DNA of 64,000 nt from an uncultured Pseudomonadota bacterium (GTDB lineage Bacteria; Babelota; Babeliae; Babelales; Vermiphilaceae): positions 271,774-335,773 of the forward strand of contig CAZKLV010000002.1 of NCBI GenBank assembly GCA_964553945.1. The letters are read 5' to 3'. Positions within the stretch are counted from its first letter, which is position 1; each line of letters begins with the position of its first letter. Shown here piece by piece: positions 1 through 10,970 of the stretch. The translations under genes were made by a program, and so were the position numbers. A model generated the notes under the pieces. The model saw only the letters and a program-made list of their open reading frames with translations. It was not told the DNA's origin and made no database searches.

Positions 1-52
1 CGGCCAATACCGCAGCACCAAGTAAGATGAGTAATATGCCTAATTCAACCAT
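1..52 (-). CDS. N-terminus of a membrane-anchored protein that runs off the left window edge (possibly RNase Y)
   Basis: The ATG at 52, read leftwards, gives MVELGILLILLGAAVLA, a hydrophobic anchor. It lies co-directionally downstream of zapA. The product guess rests only on the N-terminal anchor and the recA/zapA neighbourhood. Confidence 0.35.
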   Translation of the reverse strand, partial: MVELGILLILLGAAVLA

Positions 53-170
53 AAAATTTCCCAGTTAAGGTTACAGCTGAACAAAGCATCAAATGTGTAC
101 AAGCGTACACGAGAGAGGAGTATTACAAAAAGAACAGTTCCGCGATTCGATTATTCATTCTACTTTCAAA

Positions 171-461
171 TCAATGGCCAGATGGTTGCAATTGCTTTTC
201 AATTTTCTCAATTAAGCTCTGGCAATGATCCATATCGCGCTCACGTTCCCCTTGTATATGAAGCAACTCGCTGGCAATCTGCAAAGCGGCTAATATAGCC
301 GCTTTGGTTTGATCTGCCAAGCGAGATTTTTCGAGAACTTCTTTCATGAGCAAATCAACCTTTTGCACAGTTTTTTGAATATGTGCTTCCGGTTCATCAC
401 TCACGAGAGAATATTCATGGTCTAGAATCGTGATCTTATACTGCTTAGTTTGTTTCATCAT
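171..461 (-). CDS. zapA: cell division protein ZapA
   Basis: 96 aa. The pattern YKITILDHEYSLVSDEPEAHIQKTVQKVDLLMKEV...AAILAALQIASEL is typical of the ZapA family. Its start overlaps the stop of the upstream coiled-coil gene (ATGATGA). Confidence 0.7.
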   Translation of the reverse strand: MMKQTKQYKITILDHEYSLVSDEPEAHIQKTVQKVDLLMKEVLEKSRLADQTKAAILAALQIASELLHIQGERERDMDHCQSLIEKIEKQLQPSGH

Positions 462-784
462 TGTTGACTTTCGCCTTCTACCAAGGCATCAATGCCTTGA
501 ATAAGGTTCAACAGATCTTCAACGGCAGTTTTGGTTGCTTCTCTTTCTTTGCTTAATTTTTGCAATTCTTTGCTTTCTTGTGATACAAGACCATTCGCAT
601 CGGCAAGTTGCGCTACTAATTGATCTATATCCTCGATAAGCCTTGCATTCTCTTTCTTAAGCTCCTGGTTCTCTAATTTCAATGCTTCGTTGCTTGCGTG
701 CAACCCAGAGTTCAATTCCTTCAACCCTTTAACGAGTGCGACTAGAGACTGTATTTTTTCCTCTAATACACCTAATGTCTTCAT
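458..784 (-). CDS. ZapB-like coiled-coil cell-division protein
   Basis: 108 aa with heptad-rich Leu/Glu/Lys/Asn sequence (LKLENQELKKENARLIEDIDQL). It sits immediately upstream of zapA and is translationally coupled to it. Confidence 0.5.
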   Translation of the reverse strand: MKTLGVLEEKIQSLVALVKGLKELNSGLHASNEALKLENQELKKENARLIEDIDQLVAQLADANGLVSQESKELQKLSKEREATKTAVEDLLNLIQGIDALVEGESQQ

Positions 785-865
785 AGCCCTATCCCCTTTT
801 TTTATATGGCTTAGTTTTTCAGCATCATCAGTCTAGTAAGACCAATTTTGCAAAGTCAACAGTTC

Positions 866-1216
866 TTATTGACCCTGCACCATGCTGACCAACTTGCCAA
901 ATGCTTCTGGTTCATAAATAGCAATTTGGCTCAACATTTTTCTATTGAGTTGAACGTTTGCTTTATTCAAACCATGGATGAAGGCATTGTATGAAATATT
1001 TCGTTCATTGCACGCCGCTTTGATACGGGTGATGAAAAGAGAGCGCATATCGCGTTTTTTAAGCTTACGGCCCTTGAAAGCAAATGCCATTGCACGCATT
1101 AAGGTTTCTTTAGCACGGCGGAAAACGTTTTTACGTTGGCCCCAAAAACCTTTTGTGCGTTTAAATAGACGTTTATGTCTTTTTTTAACAACTATACCGC
1201 GTTTGACTCGTGTCAT
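866..1216 (-). CDS. rplT: 50S ribosomal protein L20
   Basis: MTRVKRGIVVKKRHKRLFKRTKGFWGQRKNVFRRAKE is the canonical L20 N-terminus. The gene order infC-rpmI-rplT is conserved. Confidence 0.95.
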   Translation of the reverse strand: MTRVKRGIVVKKRHKRLFKRTKGFWGQRKNVFRRAKETLMRAMAFAFKGRKLKKRDMRSLFITRIKAACNERNISYNAFIHGLNKANVQLNRKMLSQIAIYEPEAFGKLVSMVQGQ

Positions 1217-1266
1217 TATTTATCCTAGATCAAATAATCGAATGTTTAATTAAATATAACCAACCA

Positions 1267-1467
1267 TTAATATGGCAATAATTTTAAAATACGTTTGTAA
1301 TCAGATTCACTTACATACGCACCTTCACGCAAGCTACGCTTGGTGTTACGAGATTTTTTTGTAAGCAAATGACGGCGGAATGCTTTTGCGCGTTTAATTT
1401 TTACTTTTGCTCCGCCAACTTTTTTGAAGCGTTTTTTTGCTGCTGATTTAGATTTTACTTTAGGCAT
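1267..1467 (-). CDS. rpmI: 50S ribosomal protein L35
   Basis: 66 aa, very basic, [38 protein letters not shown]. It lies between infC and rplT. Confidence 0.95.
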   Translation of the reverse strand: MPKVKSKSAAKKRFKKVGGAKVKIKRAKAFRRHLLTKKSRNTKRSLREGAYVSESDYKRILKLLPY

Positions 1468-1476
1468 AATAAGTCC

Positions 1477-2040
1477 TTACTTTGCATAATATATACGCGA
1501 CCAAGTTGATCCCATGGTACTTTCACCTTCTTTAACTAAGTTAGAAGCAAATCCACTATCATGGAAACTTTGCTCAACTCGCGCAAAAAGCTCTGGACCA
1601 CGCTCATGCTTGGTTGCATTTTCACGCCCACGGAAGAACAGAGTGATTTTCACTCGTTTTCCAGCTTTTAAAAAATCGACTGCTTGTTTTATCTTGGTTT
1701 GATAATCATGTTCGCCGATTTTTGGGCTCAATTTAACTTCTTTAACTTGAATAACCTTCTGATGCTTTTTCGCCTCAGCTTGCTTCTTCTTCTTTTCATA
1801 GAGAGATTTCCCAAAATCCATGATCTTGGTTACTGGCACGCCCTCTTTTCCACGCTCTGCAATCATAACAAGATCAAGACTTGCATCCATTGCTCGTTGT
1901 AATGCTTCAGCTTTAGAAACGACACCAATATTTTCTCCACGCTCATCGATTAACTGAACTTTTGGCGCACGAATGCGTTCATTAATCAGTGTCGTTGCCT
2001 CGCGGCGCGGGTTCGGATTGTTATTGTTTGTATTATTCAC
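1477..2040 (-). CDS. infC: translation initiation factor IF-3
   Basis: INERIRAPKVQLIDERGENIGVVSKAEALQRAMDASLDLV and the C-terminal KEVKLSPKIGEHDYQTK...RGRE are IF-3 N- and C-domain signatures. The exact start is uncertain because IF-3 often uses atypical start codons. Confidence 0.9.
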   Translation of the reverse strand: MNNTNNNNPNPRREATTLINERIRAPKVQLIDERGENIGVVSKAEALQRAMDASLDLVMIAERGKEGVPVTKIMDFGKSLYEKKKKQAEAKKHQKVIQVKEVKLSPKIGEHDYQTKIKQAVDFLKAGKRVKITLFFRGRENATKHERGPELFARVEQSFHDSGFASNLVKEGESTMGSTWSRIYYAK

Positions 2041-2069
2041 TTGGTTTTTAGTTTGGTTAAAAATAAATA

Positions 2070-3188
2070 CTATTCTTCACTCAACTGCTCTTCATCTTCA
2101 TCTTGAGCCTCTTGCCCCGATTCCATCGGAACGAGCATGGCTTCTTTTACTTTTGCGTAAATTTCATTTGCAAGCGCTTTATCTTTTTTGAGCGCAATCA
2201 GTGCCTGATCTCGGCCCTGAGCTACTTTATTGCCTGCATATGAAATCCATGCACCAGATTTTTGCATTACTTCATAATGTAATGCTGCATCGAGCAAATC
2301 AAGCTCACGGCTAATTCCCTCAGTAAATAGAAGGTCAACTTCTACTCGTCTGAATGGAGGGGCAACCTTATTTTTCGCGACCTTCACGGCAATACGATTG
2401 CCAAAATGAATATCATTCTTTTTGAGGCTCGCTACACGGCGCACATCCAAGCGCAATGATGCATAGAATTTCAATGCTTTACCACCTGTCGTGGTTTCTT
2501 TATCCGCAAACGGAAGCGCATTAATCGTTTGGCGAATCTGGTTAATAAAAACCAAGACCGTTTTTGATTTATGCACAACCGGCGTTAACTTTCGCAATGC
2601 TTGAGACATCAAACGTGCTTGAAGACCCATATGAACATCGCCCATATCTCCTTCAAGCTCTGCTTTTGGCACCAAAGCTGCTACAGAGTCAACAACAATA
2701 ATATCAACTGCGCCGGAACGGACTAACATTTCTGCAATATCAAGTGCTTGTTCGCCATAATCTGGCTGAGAAATGATCAATTCATCAATGTTAATGCCAA
2801 GATTCTTCGCATGATTTGCATCTAGCGCATGTTCGGCATCAATAAATGCACAAATGCCACCATTTTTTTGCGCCTGAGCAATAGTATGTAAAGCGAGAGT
2901 TGTTTTACCAGATGCTTCAGGTCCGTAGATTTCAACTATACGCCCACGCGGCAAGCCGCCAACGCCCAACGCGTGATCAATAAGAATTGAACCGGTTGAA
3001 ATAGCCTCCACTTTATTGCCGCCAGTTTGACCCAAAAGCATAACAGCTCCGTTGCCATACTGTTTATCAATCTGAGAAAAGGTTACTTCAAGCGCCTTCT
3101 TTTTAAACTCACGTTCTTTTTCAAGTGATGCATCAAACGCAGGAATCATCGAGTCGTTCGCCGTACCTCTTGCTGTTTTACTTTTCAT
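2070..3188 (-). CDS. recA: recombinase RecA
   Basis: Walker A motif [16 protein letters not shown], plus FIDAEHALD and [20 protein letters not shown] motifs, and an acidic C-terminal tail. Confidence 0.97.
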   Translation of the reverse strand: MKSKTARGTANDSMIPAFDASLEKEREFKKKALEVTFSQIDKQYGNGAVMLLGQTGGNKVEAISTGSILIDHALGVGGLPRGRIVEIYGPEASGKTTLALHTIAQAQKNGGICAFIDAEHALDANHAKNLGINIDELIISQPDYGEQALDIAEMLVRSGAVDIIVVDSVAALVPKAELEGDMGDVHMGLQARLMSQALRKLTPVVHKSKTVLVFINQIRQTINALPFADKETTTGGKALKFYASLRLDVRRVASLKKNDIHFGNRIAVKVAKNKVAPPFRRVEVDLLFTEGISRELDLLDAALHYEVMQKSGAWISYAGNKVAQGRDQALIALKKDKALANEIYAKVKEAMLVPMESGQEAQDEDEEQLSEE

Positions 3189-3201
3189 ATTGTAATTTTC
3201 T

Positions 3202-5106
3202 TTACTGTAGATGCTGCATTAACGATTCATTAATTTCTATTCTAGCATTTCTCGCCAAAGAAGCAACAAATCCGAGGATTAGGTCCCCTCTGCGCTCTTG
3301 TTCAAGAGACCGAGTAATGCCTACTTCTTTTTGTTTGAAATCCGCTTGATTAATTGGCTCAATTTCCTCTAATCTGACGATAAATCCAGCTGTTTGGCCA
3401 TCATGGATAATGGTACTGCCGGCCTTTTCCATTTGTAACATTGCAGTCACAGGCACACCACGCTTAGAAAGCGCTTCAAAGCCTTCTCGTTTTTTGCTCG
3501 TTAACCAATCAGTTTTTTCAAGGGTTCCATGGGTAATCGAAGCTAATTCCTGAGTCGAAACTGTTGACGCTTTGTGTTTCATATCTTCAAGTAAGGTGGC
3601 AAGCTTTTTGCGAGCCTTATACTCGTAATAGTCGCTAAGCACCTGAGCACGAACTGCTCCAAAGTTTGGCGCGTATGATTGTTCAATATTATTTAATTGA
3701 ATGACATACCCAACCCCTTTATCAACATAGAATGCAACGCCATTTTCTTTAAGGCCAAAAAGCTTCTGTGCTTGTGCTGATGCATCTTTGGTTACATGCT
3801 CAAGCTTTTGAGATGTTGCCCCTTTTTTATGTGCAAGATCTGCAAGGGAAGCTGATTTTGATTCAGCAGTTCTGGTAATGCGTTTGAGATCATCTGTAAA
3901 TGAATCTTGGAACTTACGTTGAGCCATCATCTCTTTGATTTCTTGTTTGACCGCACTCAATGGTTTGAATGTACGATTTTTACGGTCAACGCGTTGCAAT
4001 AATTCATACCCATTATCAGTCGCAACAACTGGAGAAATATCTCCATTTTTAACGAGTGAAAATGAAGCTTGCTCAAATGTTGAACCATAATCACTCTCAT
4101 CGCGAGCAAAGAATGAAGTTAATTGACTCTTTTTAGCAAACTGTTCAGGATTTTTAATAAACTCCTGGCGAGCAGCTTCTGCTTGATTTTGATCAGGATA
4201 GATAATGCGACGAACCTGCACCTTAACTGGCTCATCCACATAAAGTTTCATTTTATTTTTTTCATAGTACGAACTAATCACCTCATCAGAAGGCTGTACT
4301 CCATACGCATCCGCCTTGAAGGTCCATACGGTACCAGATCGCTTTTCGGGAACCCAATAACGTTTGCTTTTAGTGTTTTCAAGATTAAAGAACTGCTCTA
4401 AATCAGCATCCTTCACTTCATTCTTCTTTTCCTGATTGATAAGGGTTTCAAGAGAAATGGTGACAATCGAATATTTTTTACCCACATATTCGGCAATATA
4501 TCGCTGTAACACATCAAACCTTGGCACGTAGACAGCTGAGCTTAATATCTCGAGCATAGTACGACGAACCAATGCGCGAGCAACTGCTTCTTCAAACTCA
4601 GCAATATTCATGCCACGTCGACGCAAATGCGCCTGAAGAGCTTCTCGATTAATACCACCGGCTTGATCAAAGACTTGCGGAGGAACAAGTCCCATCAACG
4701 ATTGTTCTCGCATGATAAACATACGATCTGCAAGTTTTTGAGTTATAAAATCTGACCCAATTTGAACCCCAAGCTCTTTACCCATTTGATCAAGAAGCTC
4801 CTGATCAACGAGTCCCTGATATGCAAGCGAATAGGGATCCATTGATATTCCTTGGGATTCAAAGAGCATTTGCGCATATGGACCATACTGCTCTTTTATA
4901 TATGCGATCCGTTCTTGTTCTTGCGCTACCTGTTGAGCAAATATACGATCGGAAATTTCTGAACCATTAACCATTATTGCCCAATTACCTTTGCCATCTT
5001 TTAATAGCATTGGCAGAATATAGCCAACTGCAAGTGCAAATAAAATTACCCACATTGCGTATCGAAGTGACTCACCTTTAAACTGTCTTCGTATCGTTGT
5101 AATCAT
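3202..5106 (-). CDS. PpiD/SurA-like periplasmic chaperone (degenerate parvulin PPIase)
   Basis: 634 aa with a single N-terminal TM segment ([19 protein letters not shown]) followed by a long soluble region with PpiD-like organisation. ATGA overlap with the upstream SPOR gene. Confidence 0.6.
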   Translation of the reverse strand: MITTIRRQFKGESLRYAMWVILFALAVGYILPMLLKDGKGNWAIMVNGSEISDRIFAQQVAQEQERIAYIKEQYGPYAQMLFESQGISMDPYSLAYQGLVDQELLDQMGKELGVQIGSDFITQKLADRMFIMREQSLMGLVPPQVFDQAGGINREALQAHLRRRGMNIAEFEEAVARALVRRTMLEILSSAVYVPRFDVLQRYIAEYVGKKYSIVTISLETLINQEKKNEVKDADLEQFFNLENTKSKRYWVPEKRSGTVWTFKADAYGVQPSDEVISSYYEKNKMKLYVDEPVKVQVRRIIYPDQNQAEAARQEFIKNPEQFAKKSQLTSFFARDESDYGSTFEQASFSLVKNGDISPVVATDNGYELLQRVDRKNRTFKPLSAVKQEIKEMMAQRKFQDSFTDDLKRITRTAESKSASLADLAHKKGATSQKLEHVTKDASAQAQKLFGLKENGVAFYVDKGVGYVIQLNNIEQSYAPNFGAVRAQVLSDYYEYKARKKLATLLEDMKHKASTVSTQELASITHGTLEKTDWLTSKKREGFEALSKRGVPVTAMLQMEKAGSTIIHDGQTAGFIVRLEEIEPINQADFKQKEVGITRSLEQERRGDLILGFVASLARNARIEINESLMQHLQ

Positions 5107-5768
5107 GACAATGTATCCTTTTCGCTTCTAACTATTCGTACACCACGTAACTTTTCTTCTTTGGTTATGCGAGCAACTACCGATTCAAGCTCCGCTTTAT
5201 CGGTATAATCTTGAGTAATCACTTGATACCAAGATCGAGTTTTCCCCTTTGATGACTTACTCGTCTTGGTTTCGACTTTTGCAGGAATCCCTTTTTTACA
5301 CAACTTTTGTGCAAACTTTTGAGCTTGCGCCATCGTTCCATATCCAGCAAGTTGCCCATGATGCACGGGCTCCGCATTTATTTGAACATCGTGCTTAACG
5401 ATCTGAGGCTCTGCATTTGGATCAATAGATTCAACCTGATCAATTATTTCTGGCTCAAGTTCCGATTCTGCATCAACCGCTGTCGCTATATCTGCTGGCG
5501 ATTCGGAATTTTGAGTAACCGTATCTTGAGTTGTCGGGGCTTCTGATTCGGAAAGCTCACACATAGAAGTATAAATACGATCGGCGAATGTCGATTGCTC
5601 AACACTCATACAAAACTGAGAGATAGCATTACTTTTGCCCCAGAAATATCCGGAAATGAATGTAATGAAAACAATGAAAAAACCAGCTGCCACAAGCAAA
5701 CTCGCTTGGCGTTTGGTCATTGAAAAAATAACCGATTGATCTTGAGTTGGTTCATTTTCGAATAACAT
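5103..5768 (-). CDS. SPOR-domain membrane protein
   Basis: One TM segment (LLVAAGFFIVFITFISGYFWG), an acidic linker, and a C-terminal SPOR-like block HHGQLAGYGTMAQAQKFAQKLCKKGIPAKVE...WYQVITQDY. The start is trimmed to the Met at 5768, 1 nt after the miaA stop. Confidence 0.6.
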   Translation of the reverse strand: MLFENEPTQDQSVIFSMTKRQASLLVAAGFFIVFITFISGYFWGKSNAISQFCMSVEQSTFADRIYTSMCELSESEAPTTQDTVTQNSESPADIATAVDAESELEPEIIDQVESIDPNAEPQIVKHDVQINAEPVHHGQLAGYGTMAQAQKFAQKLCKKGIPAKVETKTSKSSKGKTRSWYQVITQDYTDKAELESVVARITKEEKLRGVRIVRSEKDTLS

Positions 5769-5769
5769 A

Positions 5770-6741
5770 TTACACTCCGCCTGGCCACACTTTTTTAAAT
5801 GATGTTTCAATTTTAGTCACACAATCGCCATGTACAACATCAATCTCATTGATAATCGATTGTGAAAGATTGCTATCAGTGTACTCAGATAGGGCATCTT
5901 GTAAATCTTTTTGCAACGAACGCCAAAAAGTGAACTGTCGTTTTGCATAATTGCGAGTTTTAGTTTGGATTTTTTCAACCAATATTTTTTTATCGGTAAT
6001 TGTTTTTTTTGTGCCAAGGTAATAAAGAATATCATCATATCCAATAATCTTTTTCTCAAGGATAAATTGCTCCCACGGTGAACCTTGCAATTGACTCACT
6101 TCGGCCTTCCAACCTGCGTCTAACATATCCTTTACTCGTTGATCTATGCGAGCATATAATTTTTCACGTTCACGAGTTAAAAAATAGAGCGCAAAAGGAG
6201 CAATTGGCTCGAATTTTGGTTGATATTCCGAGGGCTTTATACCAGTTGAATACCATATATCAAGCGCCCGACGGATACGATATAAGTCATTGCGATTAAT
6301 TGAGTAAGCGCGAACCGGATCAATGTGCTTCAAATGATCCCAAAGCTCTTTTTCTTGTATGTGCGCATAGCCATCACTTTCATGAACACTTGCACCAGAC
6401 GGTGGAAAGAATAATGATTTGAGATAGAATCCAGATCCGCCTACTAAAATAGGAGTTTTTTTACGCGCCCATATATTTTCAAGTAAGGGCATTAAAAGAG
6501 CTCGATACTCAACAACAGTTAAGTTGCGTGGCGTATCAATTACATCAAAAAGATGGTGTGGAATGGTACATTTTTTCCAGTCTGGTTTTGCGGTACCAAT
6601 AGTTAATGGGGTATAAAGCGCACCCATATCCATATTGATAATTTCACCGTTTACACGATTGGACAATTCAAGAGCGCAATCAGTTTTGCCTACCCCAGTG
6701 GGGCCATATAAAATAATGAATGGTTTTATTTTTTTCTTCAT
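5770..6741 (-). CDS. miaA: tRNA dimethylallyltransferase
   Basis: P-loop ILYGPTGVGKTDCALELS, plus YTPLTIGTAKP and LVGGSGFYLKSL, which are MiaA signatures. Confidence 0.9.
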   Translation of the reverse strand: MKKKIKPFIILYGPTGVGKTDCALELSNRVNGEIINMDMGALYTPLTIGTAKPDWKKCTIPHHLFDVIDTPRNLTVVEYRALLMPLLENIWARKKTPILVGGSGFYLKSLFFPPSGASVHESDGYAHIQEKELWDHLKHIDPVRAYSINRNDLYRIRRALDIWYSTGIKPSEYQPKFEPIAPFALYFLTREREKLYARIDQRVKDMLDAGWKAEVSQLQGSPWEQFILEKKIIGYDDILYYLGTKKTITDKKILVEKIQTKTRNYAKRQFTFWRSLQKDLQDALSEYTDSNLSQSIINEIDVVHGDCVTKIETSFKKVWPGGV

Positions 6742-6776
6742 AGAGGTACTTATAATTCAACACTGCTTAAAAGGTG

Positions 6777-6812
6777 AAAAATAGGGCTTGAATACTCAAA
6801 CCCTATTCTTTT
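6777..6812 (-). terminator. hairpin downstream of carD (weak intrinsic terminator)
   Basis: aataggg/ccctatt 7-bp stem with a 14-nt loop and a T-run on the minus strand, 20 nt after the carD stop. Confidence 0.4.
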
Positions 6813-6831
6813 GATTACACGAATTCTATAA

Positions 6832-7371
6832 TTATGCGTTTTTATCTTTTATAAAAGAATCTTTGGATCCAATCTTACTTACATATGTCCTGAGTTCCTG
6901 AGCCGCATGCTCCTCAGCAACATTTTTAACGAGTGCAATTTCCTGCGCAAGTAGCATTTCCGTTTGATTCAATAGACTTTTTTCACCAAACGTTAGTTCC
7001 TTTGATTCTTCTGTTCGCTTTAAATCTCGGTAAATTTCGCAAATATCACGCAAATCTCCAGATCGAATTTTGCTTTGATATTCTTTATTTCGCTTGTTCC
7101 AATTGGTGGCCAAGGTTTCGGGATGGGCCGGTTGTCGCTGCATAGGTTCGGTTAAAATTTTAAACACATTATTAATGCGCTCTTGCGAGCTTATTTTACG
7201 GATCCCTACGGCTTCAACATTGGTGACCGGAACAAGAATTGTCATATCTTTATTGAGAAACTTCAATTCATAAAAGGTGAACTTTTCAGTGCCGATCTTT
7301 TTTTCAATGATGCGATTTATGAATGCGACTCCGTGGCCTGGGTAAACAACTCGTTCATTTTGCTCAAACAT
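6832..7371 (-). CDS. carD: CarD/CdnL-family RNA-polymerase-binding transcription regulator
   Basis: MFEQNERVVYPGHGVAFINRIIEKKIGTEKFTFYELKFLNKDMTILVPVTNVEAVGIRK is the CarD N-terminal (TRCF-RID-like) domain. The start is trimmed from 7434 to the Met at 7371. Confidence 0.8.
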   Translation of the reverse strand: MFEQNERVVYPGHGVAFINRIIEKKIGTEKFTFYELKFLNKDMTILVPVTNVEAVGIRKISSQERINNVFKILTEPMQRQPAHPETLATNWNKRNKEYQSKIRSGDLRDICEIYRDLKRTEESKELTFGEKSLLNQTEMLLAQEIALVKNVAEEHAAQELRTYVSKIGSKDSFIKDKNA

Positions 7372-7563
7372 GCGCACCCCTTTGAATAAGGCATAGCAGA
7401 CGTTTATAGAAAAACTTCTTTTACCCAGCTCCAATAGTATATCACAATTTTTACTTTCTGATGATGCTAAAAATAGTCCAACGTATAAAATAATGATTTT
7501 GGCTATAAATAAAGGCTTTTTGGGGTATACTAAGAATATAAATTAGTTAGGGAGCGGTATTAA

Positions 7564-8922
7564 ATGATACCTTTTTATACAAACTTTCGCCATACATTTA
7601 CGTGGGTAACCCTCGAATCATTGACCTATTACGGGTTACTTTCATTGCATCAAATAGTCCTTTTTCAATATACCTCGCCTGAGGTTTATGGGGTCATCGG
7701 TACCACCTATGCATTAAGTTACCTCTGTGTTTATTTTTTGATTGCTGCTTTTGATAAAGCGCTAGCTCCTTTTTTTGCACGATTCACCACAGGTCAGGAT
7801 TCGGTATGGTCACTCGTGCGATATCAAGCGATCCCAACCTATGCAGTCGCCTCCATTATCCTTTCGCTTCTTTATCTTGCCAAACCATACTTGGCAACCA
7901 AGTTCAACTATTTTGATTATATTTCCGACTCACTTTTCCTATTGCTTGCGGCCAAAATACAGATTGAAATGACTCGCAAGGGTTTCAAAACATTCTTAAA
8001 CCTGACCCATCAATCCCATGTAGCGGCCGTAGCCGAGATCATTGCTATGCTCATTTACATAGTGGTAGTCTGGTCGCTTTTCATACTCACTGGCACTATA
8101 ACTTTAATGACCGTCTTTGTTCCGCTGGTAGTTGCTATTTTAATTTCGACTCTCATTATGATATGGCGGGTTGCTGGCTGGTACCACACATTACCTCTCT
8201 GTGGCGAACCGATTACTCGCGCTACTCATCTGCAATTTGCCAAAAATCGAATCGCAACCATGGGCTTTCATATGAACCGTCTCTTCTTCACAGCAGACTT
8301 TTTGGTTCCTTTCTTTGCCTACAAGTTCGGGCTCGCTGCTGCCGGTATCCTCAAATTAGCAAGCAAGATAGTTTCAACTTTCACGATTATTATCAGACGA
8401 ATTTTTGAAACTTCATCAAACGTCATGATGGCCAATGTTCGTGAATGCACTTTAGAAGATCGCATCTCTATGTTTTCATTCATCACCAATTGGATCAATC
8501 AGGTGATCTATGCACTCATCATCTTTTTTGCGATCAATCATCGCTGGTTATTCATGACCCCGCAAATAGCTTCGGACCAATTGGGTATTGCCGAGATTGC
8601 ATATGCCTATCTTTTTTTAAGTTTGACCGACAACCTCTTTATTGCATATGAACAATTTTATATTGCACAAGAAAAAGCATACTATCTTCTTGCGCTCAAC
8701 ATCATGAGCTTGCTCACTTTTATCGGTGCGACTTTGATGCTTCACACTCTTTCACCGATTACCACCATTACCTTGCTTGCATCTATTCGATTAATCGCCT
8801 GTATTTTACTGGGTTTTTACTCATACGCACAATGGCGCATCAAACCATCCTTACAGATCAAAATGACTCCAATACTAGGAGCAACTGCCATATCGATTCT
8901 CGCATTTTTGATTTTTGGATAA
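7564..8922 (+). CDS. polytopic membrane protein, MOP/Wzx-like flippase fold suspected
   Basis: 452 aa with at least 12 hydrophobic segments. It is a paralogue of 9518-10918 (shared FLVPFFxYxxG block). Confidence 0.45.
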   Translation: MIPFYTNFRHTFTWVTLESLTYYGLLSLHQIVLFQYTSPEVYGVIGTTYALSYLCVYFLIAAFDKALAPFFARFTTGQDSVWSLVRYQAIPTYAVASIILSLLYLAKPYLATKFNYFDYISDSLFLLLAAKIQIEMTRKGFKTFLNLTHQSHVAAVAEIIAMLIYIVVVWSLFILTGTITLMTVFVPLVVAILISTLIMIWRVAGWYHTLPLCGEPITRATHLQFAKNRIATMGFHMNRLFFTADFLVPFFAYKFGLAAAGILKLASKIVSTFTIIIRRIFETSSNVMMANVRECTLEDRISMFSFITNWINQVIYALIIFFAINHRWLFMTPQIASDQLGIAEIAYAYLFLSLTDNLFIAYEQFYIAQEKAYYLLALNIMSLLTFIGATLMLHTLSPITTITLLASIRLIACILLGFYSYAQWRIKPSLQIKMTPILGATAISILAFLIFG

Positions 8923-9517
8923 AATTTTAAGTCAAAAAATTTGAAAAACGAAAATGAGGATCAACGCTATCAAAACTTTTCACATTGATCCACGCCATAA
9001 ATCGATATGGTTAATTTAAAAAAAGTAGGACAAATTTCGACGTGTGACTTTTCTAAATTTTTGACATACAAAAAACCCCATTGATATCCAATATGAAATA
9101 TACCGCCAGCAATTTCATATTGAAATCAAGGTCATTGTTTCGGTAAGTTTTATTTCGATGTGAAACTCGTAGCCGAATTTCACAAAAAGAAACATTAATT
9201 GTTTTTTGAGTTTTTTTGTTGTGTATTTGCATGGAAGGAACCAAAAACATCGAATTTAAAAGGGTTTTAAAAACCGATGCAAAATTTAAGCAATAGCGCA
9301 CGATTTAAAATCATATAGACCCATAAGATGCATTCGACAAATGGGAGAATCTGGTTGAGATGCGAGCTGAAATTTTTGATTTCTTTTTTTGATCTCAAAA
9401 TGAAATATTTGCTTCTCTAAAATCTAGATTTATTGCGCACAATTGGGCATATGAATGAGTGCTTGAATGTAGTATCATGAAAACAATCAAATCAATTAGT
9501 TGTGGTGAGAATTCCGA

Positions 9518-10918
9518 ATGACCCTTCAAGAATTATTGAGTAAATTCAGCTGGTCCCATGGATGGAACGCATTTTCATATGTCGTCTATAAAATACTTTC
9601 GACCAGCCTAACCTTCATACTCTATTACCGACTTTCGAGCCAAGATTTTTCTACATGGGCAAACATTCATTGCACCGCATTTTTAATGATTTTATGGGTC
9701 GATTGCGGATTTCGAAAATCGATTCCGCGCTATGCGCCCGAATATGCGCACAATAAAATTGCACTTCACCGCTTCATCAATAACATAGTACTTTTCCAAA
9801 TGGTAGTACTACTTGCAAGCGTACCACTCTTTCTTTTGGTTACTCGAAATCTACTTAACGCCGATTCATCATTCATCTATTTGGGATGCGCGCTCTATAT
9901 TGCCGAAGGAATATTAGCCATATTACAACTTATTTTTCATGCTTATTTCTGGAACAAGCAGTACAACCTTTGGGCTACATCAGTACTCGTTTTTCAGATG
10001 ATTATCAATCTGATTTTGCTTATGAAAATCGAGGAGAGCCGTTTTCTAGCGATGAGTATTTTGGCAACACGCATCATTGCAGCCGGTGTTATTATGTGCG
10101 CAAGTTTTATCTTGATCAAACGCTTAAAAAAAGATGAATTTGATCCGATTGTGCAGCATTATGATTCATCTTTCATAAATCGCAAATTCATCAAACATTC
10201 AGCCCTGATGTGGGCAAGCAATGTTATCAAAAGCTTATCCGAGCGTAATTTTTTGGTACCCTTTTTTACCTATACCTTGGGGCCAATTCCCGCCAATCTT
10301 TTTAAAATTGCCAATGATGGCGCACTATTTTTTTATCGCATTGTGATCAAAACAATTGGCACGACCGATACTGCATTATTGGCTCATGTAGAAGCCTCAC
10401 CGGAGAAGCGACCCCATATGGATGTTGCATTCAAAAAGTTGATTTTCAAAATGGCCGCACTTAGTATCCCGATGGTTGTGGTGGTTGCTACCCTCTATGC
10501 CTCAAAAGCAATCAGCTTGACCAACCAATTCATGTCCACTGCATTAACACTCATGGCAATTGCCTATCTGATCGAATCATTATTCTTACCCTACGAACGA
10601 ATACTCGAAGTCAAGCAGGAATACTGGTATATCTTTTATTCATATATTCCCTATGTGGCCATTGTGGCACTTTTCATTTCGAGCTCGATCATTCAGCGCC
10701 TTGGACTCTTCGAGAGCATTCTGGTTATTCATGCCATTCGCTTGATGAGCCTTTTTGCGATGGTAGCATTCGCAAGTAAATTATACGCCACATATTTTCC
10801 ATTCAGATTTATTTTATTAGTCTTAATTTATTCAAGTGTAGCTGGGTTGCTCCTTGTTCCTGTTGTTGCATATCTTGTTAACGGGTATGGAGCTAGCTTC
10901 CTGAATCTATTTTGTTAG
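9518..10918 (+). CDS. polytopic membrane protein, paralogue of 7564-8922 (MOP/Wzx-like suspected)
   Basis: 466 aa, many TM segments, NFLVPFFTYTLGPIPANLFKIAND aligns with DFLVPFFAYKFGLAAAGILKLASK of the neighbouring gene. Confidence 0.45.
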   Translation: MTLQELLSKFSWSHGWNAFSYVVYKILSTSLTFILYYRLSSQDFSTWANIHCTAFLMILWVDCGFRKSIPRYAPEYAHNKIALHRFINNIVLFQMVVLLASVPLFLLVTRNLLNADSSFIYLGCALYIAEGILAILQLIFHAYFWNKQYNLWATSVLVFQMIINLILLMKIEESRFLAMSILATRIIAAGVIMCASFILIKRLKKDEFDPIVQHYDSSFINRKFIKHSALMWASNVIKSLSERNFLVPFFTYTLGPIPANLFKIANDGALFFYRIVIKTIGTTDTALLAHVEASPEKRPHMDVAFKKLIFKMAALSIPMVVVVATLYASKAISLTNQFMSTALTLMAIAYLIESLFLPYERILEVKQEYWYIFYSYIPYVAIVALFISSSIIQRLGLFESILVIHAIRLMSLFAMVAFASKLYATYFPFRFILLVLIYSSVAGLLLVPVVAYLVNGYGASFLNLFC

Positions 10919-10970
10919 CACTTATAGATACACACAAAATAAAACAGCTATCAACAACTTCGAAAACTAC

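Noticed and set aside
9053-9301. 82-aa minus-strand ORF in the spacer between the two MOP-like genes
   Set aside because: It has no SD, is low-complexity and AT-rich, and lies in a region dominated by hairpins.
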